A stretch of 64,000 bases of DNA from a bacterium (GCA_029778565.1 JAKOQC010000249.1:45611-109610), one strand, 5' to 3'; counted from the stretch's first letter, positions 19,543-30,554 are shown. A program made the numbers and translations. Notes: generated from the letters alone by a model not told the origin.

Positions 19543-20649
19543 ATGAGGGTAGCAATTGTACATGATTGGCTCACTAACCTAGGTGGAGCAGAACGAGTAG
19601 TTGAGGTATTAAGCCGAGAGTATCCAGAGGCACCAATTTATACCAGTGTGTATGATGATACTCGATTAGATTTGTTTAAAGACAAGCAAATTACTACCTC
19701 ATTTTTGCAACATTGGCCATTTTCAAAAAAACGACATCAGCTCTATCCAACACTCAGAAGGTATGTCTTTGAGAGCTTTGATTTTTCAGACTATGATTTG
19801 GTCATTACATCGGCAAGCGCTGAAGCTAAAGGAGTAATTACTCGTAGTGAGACCCTACACGTAGCCTATATTCATACGCCTACTCGTTATTATTGGAGTG
19901 GTTATAGCGACTATGTAAAAAATCCCGGATATGGTGTACTTAATCCGCTTATAAAGCTGATTCTCCCGAGACTGGTAAAAACAATGCGTTATTGGGATTA
20001 TGCGGCTGCTGCACGGGCCGATGTGGTGATAGCTAATTCACAAACGGTTGCCCGGCGTATTAAAGAGTATTATAACCGTGAAGCTAGAGTGATTTATCCA
20101 CCGGTAAATGTAAAAAGATTTGCAAACCCTATAACAAAAAATGAAGGCTATTATTTGGTTGTAAGTCGCCTTATACCATATAAGCGAATTGATCTGGCAG
20201 TGCAGGCTTGCAACGAGCTTGGTAAAGAATTGATTGTGGTAGGTAAGGGCAGCGAACTAGGAAAACTACGCAAACTTGCAGGTAAAACAATTCGATTCGA
20301 TACTGAGGCGAGTGATGAGGCAGTGGTAAAATATATACAAAAGTGCAAAGCGTTCTTGTTTGCGGGCTTTGAGGATTTTGGTATTACACCGGTAGAAGCA
20401 ATGGCTGCGGGTAAGCCAATAATTGGGTATGCTAACGGTGGTTTGGGTGAGACAGTCATTAACGGTACTACCGGTATTTTGTTTAAACAACAAACTATAC
20501 GTGATATGAAGGATGCGATAGAAAAATTTGAGCAAACCACATTTAGTGCAGTAAAAATAGCACAGCATGCTCAAAATTTTTCTGAAGCTATTTTTGCAAA
20601 GAAAATGAAAGAAGTGATAGATGAAGCCCTCACTAAAAAACAGACCTAG
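19543..20649 (+). CDS. GT4 glycosyltransferase
   Basis: HDWL..GGAERV, EDFGITPVEAMA.G. Confidence 0.92.
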   Translation: MRVAIVHDWLTNLGGAERVVEVLSREYPEAPIYTSVYDDTRLDLFKDKQITTSFLQHWPFSKKRHQLYPTLRRYVFESFDFSDYDLVITSASAEAKGVITRSETLHVAYIHTPTRYYWSGYSDYVKNPGYGVLNPLIKLILPRLVKTMRYWDYAAAARADVVIANSQTVARRIKEYYNREARVIYPPVNVKRFANPITKNEGYYLVVSRLIPYKRIDLAVQACNELGKELIVVGKGSELGKLRKLAGKTIRFDTEASDEAVVKYIQKCKAFLFAGFEDFGITPVEAMAAGKPIIGYANGGLGETVINGTTGILFKQQTIRDMKDAIEKFEQTTFSAVKIAQHAQNFSEAIFAKKMKEVIDEALTKKQT

Positions 20650-22066
20650 ACCAACCCTATTACAGGCAATGGCAATTGCTGCTGGAATGATTTTTGTGGC
20701 TTTTTTGATAGTTTTTGTGGTTAATAAAGTAATAAGTACAACAATACCCACTCCAAAGGAACTTCAATACAGCCATTTGTATGAGTATTTTAGTGGTAAA
20801 ACTAAGCCCACCAAAACTCTAATAGTTTTTGCGAATAATGCGGAGCAACGTTTTGGTGGGGGGTTTCTTGGTTCGTATGCAATCTTGCAGGGTAACAACG
20901 GAAAATTTAATCTGAGCGATGTAAATAATATTTACAATATAGACTATGACACGGTAAATGCTAAGCTGGGTATTCCGGTGCCAGAATACATGAAATACTT
21001 GGCTCCGTATTTGAGTCTGCGTGATAGTGGCTTGGTTCATAATTGGCCTACGAATGCTCAAGAAGCAATGAAATTTTACAATGCTGATACAGGTGATAAT
21101 GTAGATGCAGTGATAGAAGTAACACCCCAGGTCTTGCGTGAGTTATTAAAAGAAACCGGCCCAGTTACTCTAAAAGACTATAATCTGACTATTACAGATG
21201 AGAATTTTCTCGAGAAAGTACAGTTAGAAGTAGAGGCCGGAAAAGATAAAATTGCCGGAAAAGACCCAAAGGCTGGTATCCTTACTGGCCTTGCCCAGGT
21301 ACTAATGCAACGTTTGGCCGCTCAGCAGAATATTCAAACACTTGCTCATTATTCAAATCTGTTTACTAAACTTGCTAATGAAAAACATATTTTACTCTAT
21401 AGTAATGATCCAACCGTACAGGCCCAAATAGAGGAGCTCGGCTTCTCGGGAAGTATTAAAAAGACCGACTATAATTATTTTCAGATAACAGAGGCTAACT
21501 TTGGGGCTGATAAGAGCAGTCCGTTTATCGAACAAAAGGTAAATTATGATCAAACAATACTGCTAGATGGCACCAGTAGTGTTGTTGTTGATATCTCTCG
21601 CCGTCACACAAAACCGCAAAGTTTTCCGTATACAAATCCTTATACCAACAAACCAGACTGGCTAATAAAAAGTAATATTTCGTATATGCAAGTTCTTGTG
21701 CCATACGATTCACAACTAAAAAGTTTTTCTGGGGTTGATAAGATTACTACCAGTTATGAGAAGCCCATCCAACAACTTAGTTATATTTCTCTGTTAGGTC
21801 CACTTGGTCCGCCCCAGACTGTTCGGCTGAATTATTCTGTGCCACAACATTATGATGTTGGCAGAAACATTACGGTAAATCTTCTAGTGCAGAAACAATC
21901 GGGTGGTTGGCCATATGGCTTGGTATATCGCTTGCACACACCAGCAGGGTATCACTTGGTGGCAAGTAGTGATAACCATACAGCCGCAATAGATGCCAAT
22001 ACTACCGAGCTTCGTGCTACAATTAATACAGATGCCATCTTGAGTTTTGTATATGAAAAAGACTAA
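20621..22066 (+). CDS. DUF4012-like membrane-anchored protein
   Basis: N-terminal TM, NNAEQRFGGGF motif, NFGADK, QKQSG. Confidence 0.75.
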   Translation: MKPSLKNRPRPTLLQAMAIAAGMIFVAFLIVFVVNKVISTTIPTPKELQYSHLYEYFSGKTKPTKTLIVFANNAEQRFGGGFLGSYAILQGNNGKFNLSDVNNIYNIDYDTVNAKLGIPVPEYMKYLAPYLSLRDSGLVHNWPTNAQEAMKFYNADTGDNVDAVIEVTPQVLRELLKETGPVTLKDYNLTITDENFLEKVQLEVEAGKDKIAGKDPKAGILTGLAQVLMQRLAAQQNIQTLAHYSNLFTKLANEKHILLYSNDPTVQAQIEELGFSGSIKKTDYNYFQITEANFGADKSSPFIEQKVNYDQTILLDGTSSVVVDISRRHTKPQSFPYTNPYTNKPDWLIKSNISYMQVLVPYDSQLKSFSGVDKITTSYEKPIQQLSYISLLGPLGPPQTVRLNYSVPQHYDVGRNITVNLLVQKQSGGWPYGLVYRLHTPAGYHLVASSDNHTAAIDANTTELRATINTDAILSFVYEKD

Positions 22067-22763
22067 TCAAAAAAAATCTCACAACGTTATTTACATGAAG
22101 TCACTCAGCAAACGCTACGATGATGAGGCGGGTGTTTTAGATGCTCTAAAGGGAATTAACCTTGAAATAAAAGATGGTGATTTTATTGCTATTATGGGAC
22201 CATCTGGCTCGGGTAAATCGACACTAATGAATATAATTGGTTTACTCGATAGACCAACTGCAGGTGTATTTTTATTGGATGATGTAGATATTGCTACACT
22301 TTCTGAGAAAGAACTGGCTCGTTTGCGACGAGATAAGATTGGTTTTGTGTTTCAGAGTTTTAATCTGTTGCCGCGGCTGAATGTTTTTCAGAATGTTGAG
22401 CTTCCAATGGTCTATGCCAGAAAAAGTAAGTCCGAACGCAAGCTAAAGGTTGCCGAGGTTTTAGAGAAGGTAGGGTTGGCCGATAAGGCAAAAAATCGAT
22501 CAAATAGAATGAGTGGTGGCCAGATACAACGTGTGGCAATTGCTCGTGCACTCACTAACAACCCAAGTCTTATTCTTGCCGACGAACCAACTGGTAATCT
22601 TGATACTAAAACCGGAGAAGAGATAATGGATTTGCTAAAAAGCTTGAATCAGCAAGGAGTAACTATTGTACTCGTTACTCACAATCCTGAAGTAGGAAAG
22701 TATGCCAACAAGATCGTATGGGTAAAAGACGGCTTACTTACTAAGAAGAAGGTGCCGGTATGA
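22053..22763 (+). CDS. ABC transporter ATP-binding protein (LolD/MacB family)
   Basis: [32 protein letters not shown]. Confidence 0.95.
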   Translation: MKKTNQKKSHNVIYMKSLSKRYDDEAGVLDALKGINLEIKDGDFIAIMGPSGSGKSTLMNIIGLLDRPTAGVFLLDDVDIATLSEKELARLRRDKIGFVFQSFNLLPRLNVFQNVELPMVYARKSKSERKLKVAEVLEKVGLADKAKNRSNRMSGGQIQRVAIARALTNNPSLILADEPTGNLDTKTGEEIMDLLKSLNQQGVTIVLVTHNPEVGKYANKIVWVKDGLLTKKKVPV

Positions 22764-24007
22764 TTTTGCAAAATATCAAAATGGCGCTTATTAGTATTCG
22801 TTCGGCCAAAATGCGTTCGTTTTTAACGATGCTCGGTATTATTATTGGCGTTTTTGCCGTCTTAGTTATGATAGGCATTGGCGATGGGGTAAAGAGTCAA
22901 GTTTCTAGTCAAGTTTCGAGCTTGGGCTCTAATTTACTTACAGTTACATCTGGACAGATAGGTGGTAGCGGGACGACTGCAAAGAATGGACAGCAACAAA
23001 AAGGTGGTGGTGGGTTTAATTTTGCCAGCTCGGTTGGTACATCTACACTTACTTCTCAAGACGTAAAAACAATCGAACAAACTAAGAATGTTACTGCAAC
23101 CGCACCATTTAATATTGTTTCTTCCAATGTAGCTTACCAAGATTTATCAACAAGCTCACCATTTATCTCTGGGACAACTGCAAACTATAGTGATATTCGA
23201 CAGCTCAAGTTAGAGAATGGTGCATTTTTTACAACAAAAGATAACGATAATAATGCAAAAGTAGCAGTTTTAGGGGCTGATACTAAGCAAAATCTATTTG
23301 CTGATGGTGATGCGCTAGGTAAAGAGATTGTTATACGAGGGCAGAAATTTACCGTGGTGGGCGTGATAAAAAAATCTGACACAGGCGCGGGTTTTGGTGC
23401 CAGTTCTGACGATATTGTCTATATTCCTATTAACACAGCCAACCAAGTTACGAATTCAAACCAAATATTCCGTATTCTAGTGCAAGTAAATGATCCAAAA
23501 AACATCTCGTCTACACAAAACGCTATTAAAGACGCCTTAAAAACAAATCATGCTGGTCAAGAAGACTTTAGCGTACTTACCCAAGAAGACCTGCTTTCTA
23601 CCTTTAATACAATTCTCGATCTTCTTACTGCCTTTGTGGTAGCAATTGCATCAATTAGTTTGTTGGTAGGAGGAATAGGTATTATGAATATAATGCTTGT
23701 AACCGTGAGTGAGCGTACTAGAGAAATAGGTATACGCAAAGCTATTGGTGCAACCAGTGGTAATATACTTAGTCAGTTCTTAATAGAAGCAGTTATACTT
23801 TCGGTAATTGGTGGATTACTGGGTCTGGCACTCAGTTACGTTGCTGGCTTAGTAGTGAAAAAGTTTGCTGGTATCACACCAGTATTTAGCCTTAAAGCGC
23901 TTGTGCTTGCCCTTGGTGTGAGTTTGTTTGTGGGAGTTGTGTTTGGAGTTGCCCCAGCCATTAAAGCCGCTCGTAAGCGCCCTATACAAGCCCTAAAGGC
24001 ATTGTAG
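22760..24007 (+). CDS. ABC transporter permease (MacB/FtsX family)
   Basis: RSFLTMLGIIIG, GGIGIMNIMLVTVSERTREIGIRKAIGA. Confidence 0.95.
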   Translation: MILQNIKMALISIRSAKMRSFLTMLGIIIGVFAVLVMIGIGDGVKSQVSSQVSSLGSNLLTVTSGQIGGSGTTAKNGQQQKGGGGFNFASSVGTSTLTSQDVKTIEQTKNVTATAPFNIVSSNVAYQDLSTSSPFISGTTANYSDIRQLKLENGAFFTTKDNDNNAKVAVLGADTKQNLFADGDALGKEIVIRGQKFTVVGVIKKSDTGAGFGASSDDIVYIPINTANQVTNSNQIFRILVQVNDPKNISSTQNAIKDALKTNHAGQEDFSVLTQEDLLSTFNTILDLLTAFVVAIASISLLVGGIGIMNIMLVTVSERTREIGIRKAIGATSGNILSQFLIEAVILSVIGGLLGLALSYVAGLVVKKFAGITPVFSLKALVLALGVSLFVGVVFGVAPAIKAARKRPIQALKAL

Positions 24008-24011
24008 AAGT

Positions 24012-24659
24012 TTAGAAAACAATATTGTAGAGTCTGTCTTGTAAAGTGGTTGTATGATCACCACTACAACTAGCTGGATCTTTTTTAAGGTTATATTCAC
24101 TGGCTTTATTTGGTATGTCATTATCTCGAGCTATAAGCTCGGCGTCTGTCTCACTGCCATAGTTAATTAATAACTTGTCTTCCGATCTAATAACTATGCC
24201 GCTTAGTGAATCAAGTTTGCGTCCATTGAGTAGGTAGGTTACCTTATTCTCTGGGTTGTCTTGATATACTTTACCAGCGAGATTTACATAACCTTTCTGA
24301 GCCGAGGAATTAATATTTTCGAGGAATTGAGCATAGGTAACTCCATTAGCATGCACATGAATAACATCATAAACATTATTGTGCATATGAGCGCGGTGAA
24401 GGGGGTCAGAATCGTCATTAATAGAGCAGCTGGCGACTTCTTGGTAGAATGCTGGTTCGGGAAACATTTGTTGTTGTCCGTTAATCCAAACCTGCCAATT
24501 GGCATGATAATGTGTGGCGTGGTCGGGCTTGTAGGTAATAAATCGAAAAAGAGCAAAAAGTACTAATCCAACAAGCACACCAATAAGAATGGAGTTAACA
24601 ATAACAAGCGTATTTTCTGTTTTTTCTGGTTGTGAAGTGGGTTTTTTTGCAGCTTTCAT
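24012..24659 (-). CDS. hypothetical membrane-anchored protein with HxH motifs
   Basis: N-terminal TM; HYHA, AHMH, IHVH. Confidence 0.7.
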   Translation of the reverse strand: MKAAKKPTSQPEKTENTLVIVNSILIGVLVGLVLFALFRFITYKPDHATHYHANWQVWINGQQQMFPEPAFYQEVASCSINDDSDPLHRAHMHNNVYDVIHVHANGVTYAQFLENINSSAQKGYVNLAGKVYQDNPENKVTYLLNGRKLDSLSGIVIRSEDKLLINYGSETDAELIARDNDIPNKASEYNLKKDPASCSGDHTTTLQDRLYNIVF

Positions 24660-24718
24660 TACTCTATAGTACCAAAAAACCTATCTTATTCGATAGGTTT
24701 TATATCTGGAATCTATTA

Positions 24719-25060
24719 TTACTTAGCTGCTTTAACAACAGCCTCAAATGCTTTTGGCTCGTTAACGGCAAGTTCTGCCAAAGTTTTGCGATCGAGTTTA
24801 ATCTCGGCTTTCTTTAAACCGGCAGTTAAAACAGAATAACTTGTACCATTAATACGGGCAGCGGCACCAATACGTGTAATCCAAAGTGATCGCATATCTC
24901 TTTTTAGATTACGACGATCTCTATATTGATAACTCATTGCTTTTAGTACGGCTTCGTGGGCTTTACGATAACTACTTCGGCGAGTTTTGCTGTAGCCTTT
25001 GGTAAGCTTGAGTACTTTTTTATGTCGTTTGGTGGCTGTTACGCCGCGTTTTACTCTCAT
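24719..25060 (-). CDS. rplT: 50S ribosomal protein L20
   Basis: MRVKRG, YRDRR, R.LWI.RI, LDRK.LAELA. Confidence 0.97.
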   Translation of the reverse strand: MRVKRGVTATKRHKKVLKLTKGYSKTRRSSYRKAHEAVLKAMSYQYRDRRNLKRDMRSLWITRIGAAARINGTSYSVLTAGLKKAEIKLDRKTLAELAVNEPKAFEAVVKAAK

Positions 25061-25061
25061 C

Positions 25062-25256
25062 TTAGATTCCTAACATTTTCTTAACGTTTTTACTATCACC
25101 CTTAGCAGCATCGTGTTCTAGCGTGTAGGCACGTTTACGTGCAGCTGATTTTAGCGTAAGTTTGTGCGCCCGTGTAGCTTTACGGTGCATTACTTTTCCG
25201 CTACCAGTAACTTTTACTCGTTTAGCGACTGTTTTGTTAGTCTTAATCTTTGGCAT
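25062..25256 (-). CDS. rpmI: 50S ribosomal protein L35
   Basis: MPKIKT.K...KR..VTGSGK; position between infC and rplT. Confidence 0.95.
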   Translation of the reverse strand: MPKIKTNKTVAKRVKVTGSGKVMHRKATRAHKLTLKSAARKRAYTLEHDAAKGDSKNVKKMLGI

Positions 25257-25794
25257 CTTCTTGCTTTCTTTGACTTTTAACTTCTTTTTTTAGTCCGACA
25301 ACGATAGACATATCGCGTCCGGCTAAGCTTGGATCTGACTCGATAATAGCGATGTCGCTAAGCCCTTCAAAAAATTTATTGAGCACTGCTCGACCTAAAT
25401 CTTGATGAGTCATCTCGCGACCCTTAAAGCGGGCAGTAATTTTTACTTTATTGCCAGCATCTAAGAATTTACGAGCAGCTTTACGCTTAACTTCTATATC
25501 GTGGTCACCAATTTTTAATCCCATTCGAATCTGTTTGACTTCGATGGTTTTCTGCTTTTTACGACTCTTAGCGGCTTGTTTTTCTTGCTCGTACTGGTAC
25601 TTACCCCAATCGAGCAATTTACAAACCGGTGGTTTCGCACCAGGAGAAACTTCGGCTAAGTCGTATCCTTGCTCTGAGGCCATCTGTAGGGCCTGCGAAA
25701 GAGTTACGACGCCAAGCTGTGAACCATCAGCACCCAACAAACGTACGGTTGGGGATTTTATCTCATGATTCAACTTAAAACGTGGTTTTTTCAG
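25243..25794 (-). CDS. infC: translation initiation factor IF-3 (probable CTG start)
   Basis: N.EI...VRL, PPVCK..D.GKY.Y, KGRE; AAGGAG 6 nt before in-frame CTG at 25794. Confidence 0.93.
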   Translation of the reverse strand: MKKPRFKLNHEIKSPTVRLLGADGSQLGVVTLSQALQMASEQGYDLAEVSPGAKPPVCKLLDWGKYQYEQEKQAAKSRKKQKTIEVKQIRMGLKIGDHDIEVKRKAARKFLDAGNKVKITARFKGREMTHQDLGRAVLNKFFEGLSDIAIIESDPSLAGRDMSIVVGLKKEVKSQRKQEDAKD

Positions 25795-25844
25795 TGATTT
25801 CTCCTTAAAGCTCCAGACAATAGTAACACGAATAGCTTGGCAAA

Positions 25845-26663
25845 TCAAGACTCTTCTGTTGATAATAATTTGTCGCTTTGGTCTTGGGTAAGCTCAAAAC
25901 CACGCTTTACAATAAGGCGAAGTTTCTTGCTGTGTAAACCAATAGAAACTGGCTTTTTCAGTACCGCACCAAATGGGTCACGAATAGTGCCGGCTGACTC
26001 AATCTGCGCCACCTTAAACGGTAGGCGAAATTGCAGCTGGCTTGATTGCACGTGATTATTCTTAAAGGCGAGGTTTTGCAAAATAGGAGTCGACTCGGTT
26101 TCGAGTTCGTGTTTCTCATAGCCTTCAATAACGAGCGACTTAGAAGGGTGCATACTATCAAATTGTTTGTTCAGGAGTTTTATTGATCCTGTAGGGGATT
26201 TTATTTGTAATTTTTTGTCAATAAAAAATTGTGTAGTACCATCTTCTGGAAGATCTGTAATCTTTAATTGATAGTCGAAAAGCATAAAGTACTGATTAAT
26301 AGAGCAGAGGGTTATCTCAAAGAGTTTACGTTGCGCAATGGCCTTACAGGCATCTTTGTGGTTTTTGAGACCAAGTTTTTGGGCGAGAGTATTTTTGGTA
26401 AGAGGAATGTAGCCAATTACAGCGTTATCATCAAGAAGTTTTGCATAGCTAAGCAGGGCAGAGAAGGTATCTTGTTTGCCTACACAAATATATGCCGAAG
26501 CCGCCTCAGTTTGTTGCTTAAGAATCGTTCCAATCGTAGTAAAATCTTCAACAATATGAAACTCTGCAGTTACATTAAGCTTGCTTGCCCAATCCCTAAG
26601 ATAGGTTAAAAGTGCCTCGTTTTCAGCAGACTTATTATCGATAAAGAGATGATAGTTACTCAT
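25845..26663 (-). CDS. degenerate diacylglycerol-kinase-fold protein
   Basis: CVG..DTF, IGYIPL..N.LA..LG resemble the DAGK GGDGT/GxIPxGTxN motifs but are eroded. Confidence 0.55.
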   Translation of the reverse strand: MSNYHLFIDNKSAENEALLTYLRDWASKLNVTAEFHIVEDFTTIGTILKQQTEAASAYICVGKQDTFSALLSYAKLLDDNAVIGYIPLTKNTLAQKLGLKNHKDACKAIAQRKLFEITLCSINQYFMLFDYQLKITDLPEDGTTQFFIDKKLQIKSPTGSIKLLNKQFDSMHPSKSLVIEGYEKHELETESTPILQNLAFKNNHVQSSQLQFRLPFKVAQIESAGTIRDPFGAVLKKPVSIGLHSKKLRLIVKRGFELTQDQSDKLLSTEES

Positions 26664-26668
26664 AATTG

Positions 26669-27025
26669 TTAGGTAGTCTTACACTTGGCATTTAGTTGAG
26701 CGCCTTTTTCAACTAAAATATTGGCCGATTCAACACTACCATCCACACTGGCGCAATTTTTTATTTGTACTTCATCGGTAAAACTAGCACTACCTTTATA
26801 TTTGCCTTCAATAATCCCTACACGGGCGTTGAGATCGGCAGTAACATTTGCATTGTTTCCAACTTCAATGAGACCACTTGTAGTTACTTCTCCAGTATAG
26901 CGACCATCCAACAAGATATCGCTTTCAAACTCTACAGTGCCGGCAGCTATAGTTTGTGCCCCTAGGAAAAATTCTGGGTGAACACTAAAACCATGATGGG
27001 TACTTTGTTGTTTATTCCACCACAT
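26669..27025 (-). CDS. bactofilin (polymer-forming cytoskeletal protein)
   Basis: Beta-helix pattern, ends ILVEKGAQLNAKC; start set at MWWNK. Confidence 0.8.
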   Translation of the reverse strand: MWWNKQQSTHHGFSVHPEFFLGAQTIAAGTVEFESDILLDGRYTGEVTTSGLIEVGNNANVTADLNARVGIIEGKYKGSASFTDEVQIKNCASVDGSVESANILVEKGAQLNAKCKTT

Positions 27026-27497
27026 CTTTTTGAGCCTTTTCTCTGTCGAGCGCCTTTTGTAGAGCAATAGTCTCTTCGTCTGAGAGGTTATATTTACTTA
27101 AGCCATCTCGTATTTCCTTAGCATATACTCGAGTACCGGTACGAGCGTGTACACTCGAGAGTACAACACCATTATTATTGTTATCGAGCAAGGCAAGAAC
27201 AAAACTTTGGTTACCGCCAGTATCACCAAATGGATTAAACCGAATAAGCGCCTGCTTAGAGATAGCAAACTTAGAGTTTTGGTGCATTTTGGCAACGAAT
27301 TCGGCCATCTCGTCTATTTTGTTTTGGGCATCAGCTACGTTATGGCTATATTCCTTAATAAGGTCTTCTACTTTTTTTGCACTAGCTCCTTCGAGAAATT
27401 GGCCATATTTTTTTTGTAATTGCCAATACCGCCATTGAGTAAAACCAATTACACCAATGCACGCAAAAAGTATCAAAACAAATAAGCTCGTCTGCAT
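27012..27497 (-). CDS. DUF4446 family protein
   Basis: RFNPF.DTGGNQSF..ALLD...G, YAK, LS.EE. Confidence 0.85.
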   Translation of the reverse strand: MQTSLFVLILFACIGVIGFTQWRYWQLQKKYGQFLEGASAKKVEDLIKEYSHNVADAQNKIDEMAEFVAKMHQNSKFAISKQALIRFNPFGDTGGNQSFVLALLDNNNNGVVLSSVHARTGTRVYAKEIRDGLSKYNLSDEETIALQKALDREKAQKDVVE

Positions 27498-27564
27498 AGT
27501 ACCCCTATTATATCTGGCTAGAGGACTAGCCACAAGAGAAAGTGCCGTGTACAATAGCAGCTAT

Positions 27565-27891
27565 ATGGCAAAAAAGAAGAAACATCGCAAGTCTAGCCGC
27601 TCACGCAAGCAGAGAATGCAAGCTACTTCTGCAAATGTAACAGCTTCAAATAATGGGGTGAACCAACGAGAACCTGAATCTGTTGCAGCAGTTACTCTTG
27701 CAGCTAAAAATGAGCAAAAACCCAGCAAGAATCAGATGACTTATGATGATGTTGAGTTAAGCTATGTAAAAGAAGATGTAACTAAGACAGTTGTCTTGGT
27801 TGGGATTATCTTAGCTATCTATGCTGCTGTTTGGTTACTAATGACCTATACCAACCTTAGTATGCAGATTTTGCATATTTTTTCTCGATAG
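27565..27891 (+). CDS. small membrane protein with basic N-terminus
   Basis: MAKKKKHRK..., YVKED then TM helix; -10 TACAAT upstream. Confidence 0.7.
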   Translation: MAKKKKHRKSSRSRKQRMQATSANVTASNNGVNQREPESVAAVTLAAKNEQKPSKNQMTYDDVELSYVKEDVTKTVVLVGIILAIYAAVWLLMTYTNLSMQILHIFSR

Positions 27892-27896
27892 ATAAT

Positions 27897-29408
27897 TTAG
27901 CGCTGGGCAACTTGTGGTCGATACTGTAATGCTTCGGTGAAGTGAGTTATATTAATCTCTTTACTGTTGTCGAGGTCAGCAATAGTGCGTGCAACTTTTA
28001 AGACTCGCATGTATGATCGGGCAGACATATTAAAATGATTGTATGCTTGGCTGGCTAGCTCTTCTACTTCATTATTAAGCATACAGTATTGCTTAACTAA
28101 TTTATTGTCCATTTCGTGATTGCATGTAGCATATGATTCTGCAAACCTTTTAGCCTGAATCTCCCGAGCTGCTTTTACACGTTTAGCAACGGTTTTTGTG
28201 TCTTCTTCATTGTGAATTTCAAACAAGGCTTTGCGCTCGGTCTTAGTGACTTCAACAATAAGATCGATTCTATCAAGTAATGGGCCAGATACTTTTGTAC
28301 GATAGCGATTAATCTGGCTTGGTGAACAATTACATGTATTGCTCGGGTCGCCATCATACCCACATGGGCAGGGGTTTTGTGCTGCAACTAAAAGAAACTG
28401 AGCTGGAAACTGATATGTAGCACTGGCGCGCGAAACAGTAATTGTTCCATCTTCGAGTGGTTGGCGCATTACCTCGAGTACATGCCGTGGGAACTCAGGT
28501 AATTCATCTAAGAAAAGTACTCCTCTATGTGCGAGACTAATTTCGCCTGGTTTAGGATGGGTACCGCCACCAATTAGCGCAATATCGCTCGCTGTGTGGT
28601 GAGGACTACGTAAGGGGCGAGTAGTAACAACTTCTGAGTTATTGTGCCCAGCCAAGCTGTGAATGCGGGTAATTTCGAGCATCTCTGAATAACTTGGTGC
28701 AGGTAGTAAGCCAATAAGTGCTTTTGCGAGCATAGTTTTGCCGCTCCCAGGTGGGCCGGAGAGGAGAATATTATGATTGCCAGCGGCGGCAATTTCGATG
28801 GCTCGGCGAGCTTGGTGTTGGCCATAAATTTCTGTCATATCTACGCTTGCCGCCCTAGTATTGGCCTGAATAACGGTTTTGTTGAGTGGCAAGAGAGTTA
28901 TCTCGCCAAGTAGATGTTGATAGAGTTCGAACAAGTTTTTTACCGGTATGACTTCTATGCCTTCAATAATAGCCGCTTGTTTAGCAGAGTCGGCCGAGAT
29001 AAAGAGCCGGGTAAAGCCAAGTTCTACAGCCATTTGTGCCGTAGCTAATGCTCCAGAAACTGCTCGAGTGCTACCGTCAAGCCCAAGCTCGCCATAAAAT
29101 AAGCTATTCTGAGGAATTTTTTCTATTTGGTTACTCGCCAAAAGTAGACTTGTTGCCATAGCGAGGTCGTAACTTGAACCGGTTTTTGGGATGTCGGCTG
29201 GAGCAAGATTGAGGGTAATGCGGCGTGGTGGGAGATGTAGTCGTGAGTTTTTTAGCGCCGAGCGCACTCTTTCTTTAGCCTCATCGACAGCTTTATTGGC
29301 CAGACCAACAATAATGAAGGCCGGCAAACCGTTATACATATCGGCTTCTACCTCTACTAACTGAGCTTGTAAACCAATATGACTAATAGTATGTACTTTT
29401 GCTAACAT
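27897..29408 (-). CDS. comM: YifB/ComM Mg-chelatase-like AAA+ ATPase
   Basis: NLAPAD..K.G..YDL, GPPGSGKTM, PGEISLAHRGVLFLDE, NPCPCG, SGPLLDRID. Confidence 0.95.
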   Translation of the reverse strand: MLAKVHTISHIGLQAQLVEVEADMYNGLPAFIIVGLANKAVDEAKERVRSALKNSRLHLPPRRITLNLAPADIPKTGSSYDLAMATSLLLASNQIEKIPQNSLFYGELGLDGSTRAVSGALATAQMAVELGFTRLFISADSAKQAAIIEGIEVIPVKNLFELYQHLLGEITLLPLNKTVIQANTRAASVDMTEIYGQHQARRAIEIAAAGNHNILLSGPPGSGKTMLAKALIGLLPAPSYSEMLEITRIHSLAGHNNSEVVTTRPLRSPHHTASDIALIGGGTHPKPGEISLAHRGVLFLDELPEFPRHVLEVMRQPLEDGTITVSRASATYQFPAQFLLVAAQNPCPCGYDGDPSNTCNCSPSQINRYRTKVSGPLLDRIDLIVEVTKTERKALFEIHNEEDTKTVAKRVKAAREIQAKRFAESYATCNHEMDNKLVKQYCMLNNEVEELASQAYNHFNMSARSYMRVLKVARTIADLDNSKEINITHFTEALQYRPQVAQR

Positions 29409-29448
29409 TTTCACCCCCTTAACGTTTGTACTTTTACATCATATTATA

Positions 29449-29463
29449 CGAACGTTGTACGAA
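29449..29463 (-). promoter_or_regulatory. candidate LexA/SOS box TTCG-TACAACG-TTCG
   Basis: Abuts the -10 TATAAT of comM on the minus strand. Confidence 0.65.
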
Positions 29464-29492
29464 AGGCAAGCATAAAAATAGTACTATCTTGG

Positions 29493-30554
29493 TTAACCCC
29501 TATACCATTTTGCAGCAGATTCGGGTGGTACCGAATTAATCACCATACTGGTAGCTACTTCAAAACCTCCCCACGTATTGCTACGTCCACATACTTTCAC
29601 AACTAAACGCTGGTGTTGTGAAATGCCATTTTCGAAAAAGAAATTGAAGCTAATATTGTGACGTGTGAGTTTGGCGCAAAACCGCTTTAGATGACGTGCA
29701 ATATAGAGTTTGTCGGTCTTTTCGAGTTCGATAGTGGAGGTAATTTTGCGTTTTGGTACTATCCAGTATTCGAAGGGCCATTGGCTAGCATATGGGCAAA
29801 ATACAATAAACCGAGAGTCTTCACAGAGTACCCTAACCTTATGATTCTTTTCATAAGCAATAATATCGTCGTACGGATCCCGACCATTTGTTTTGGCGTA
29901 TTCCTCGATTATTCTCGATTCATCAACAAACTTTTGGGGGACAAACGGCAAAGCAAAGATCTGGCTGTGTGCATGGGCAAGGCTAGCTCCAGCATCAAAT
30001 CCGTCGTTATGAAAGACTAGCACGTACTCTATGCCATGCTCATGAGTAAGGTGCGTGGTACGTTGCTGAAATACATCGATTACTTTTGCTATCTGACCCT
30101 CACTTAGATAAGCCAAGGGTTTGTTAGCCAACGGGGTATCAATAATTATTTCTTGTTTACCATAAGCCTGAGGATTGTCTGGGCTAAGACTAGGAAATTT
30201 ATTCTCAACTGCTTTCACCAGCCAATCACCGTGCTTGTTCTTAAGGCTATAAAATTCGCGATTTCTATCGAGACGTGGACTCTGTGCGGTCTCGATAAGT
30301 TTCTTGTCTGGATTATGCATATCATAAGGGCGCGAACCACGTGATGGAGCTACGATGACATAATATTCGTTAAGATAGTCTCGACGAATCTGAGTATCAA
30401 TGCCGCGGGTATCTAGCTTTATACCCGCATGTTGGGGGGTGAAATGCGAGAAGCAAGCAGCTGCGTTTGGTGGGGTTTGACTCTTGGACTGATGCTTGGT
30501 TGTCTCGGTTCGGGCAGCATGATAATTGCTATGAGTTTGGTCGGAGGAATTCAT
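29493..30554 (-). CDS. galactose-1-phosphate uridylyltransferase-like (GalT/DUF4921)
   Basis: R..RP, NKFP, G.QEIII, GASLAHAHSQ. Confidence 0.85.
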   Translation of the reverse strand: MNSSDQTHSNYHAARTETTKHQSKSQTPPNAAACFSHFTPQHAGIKLDTRGIDTQIRRDYLNEYYVIVAPSRGSRPYDMHNPDKKLIETAQSPRLDRNREFYSLKNKHGDWLVKAVENKFPSLSPDNPQAYGKQEIIIDTPLANKPLAYLSEGQIAKVIDVFQQRTTHLTHEHGIEYVLVFHNDGFDAGASLAHAHSQIFALPFVPQKFVDESRIIEEYAKTNGRDPYDDIIAYEKNHKVRVLCEDSRFIVFCPYASQWPFEYWIVPKRKITSTIELEKTDKLYIARHLKRFCAKLTRHNISFNFFFENGISQHQRLVVKVCGRSNTWGGFEVATSMVINSVPPESAAKWYRG

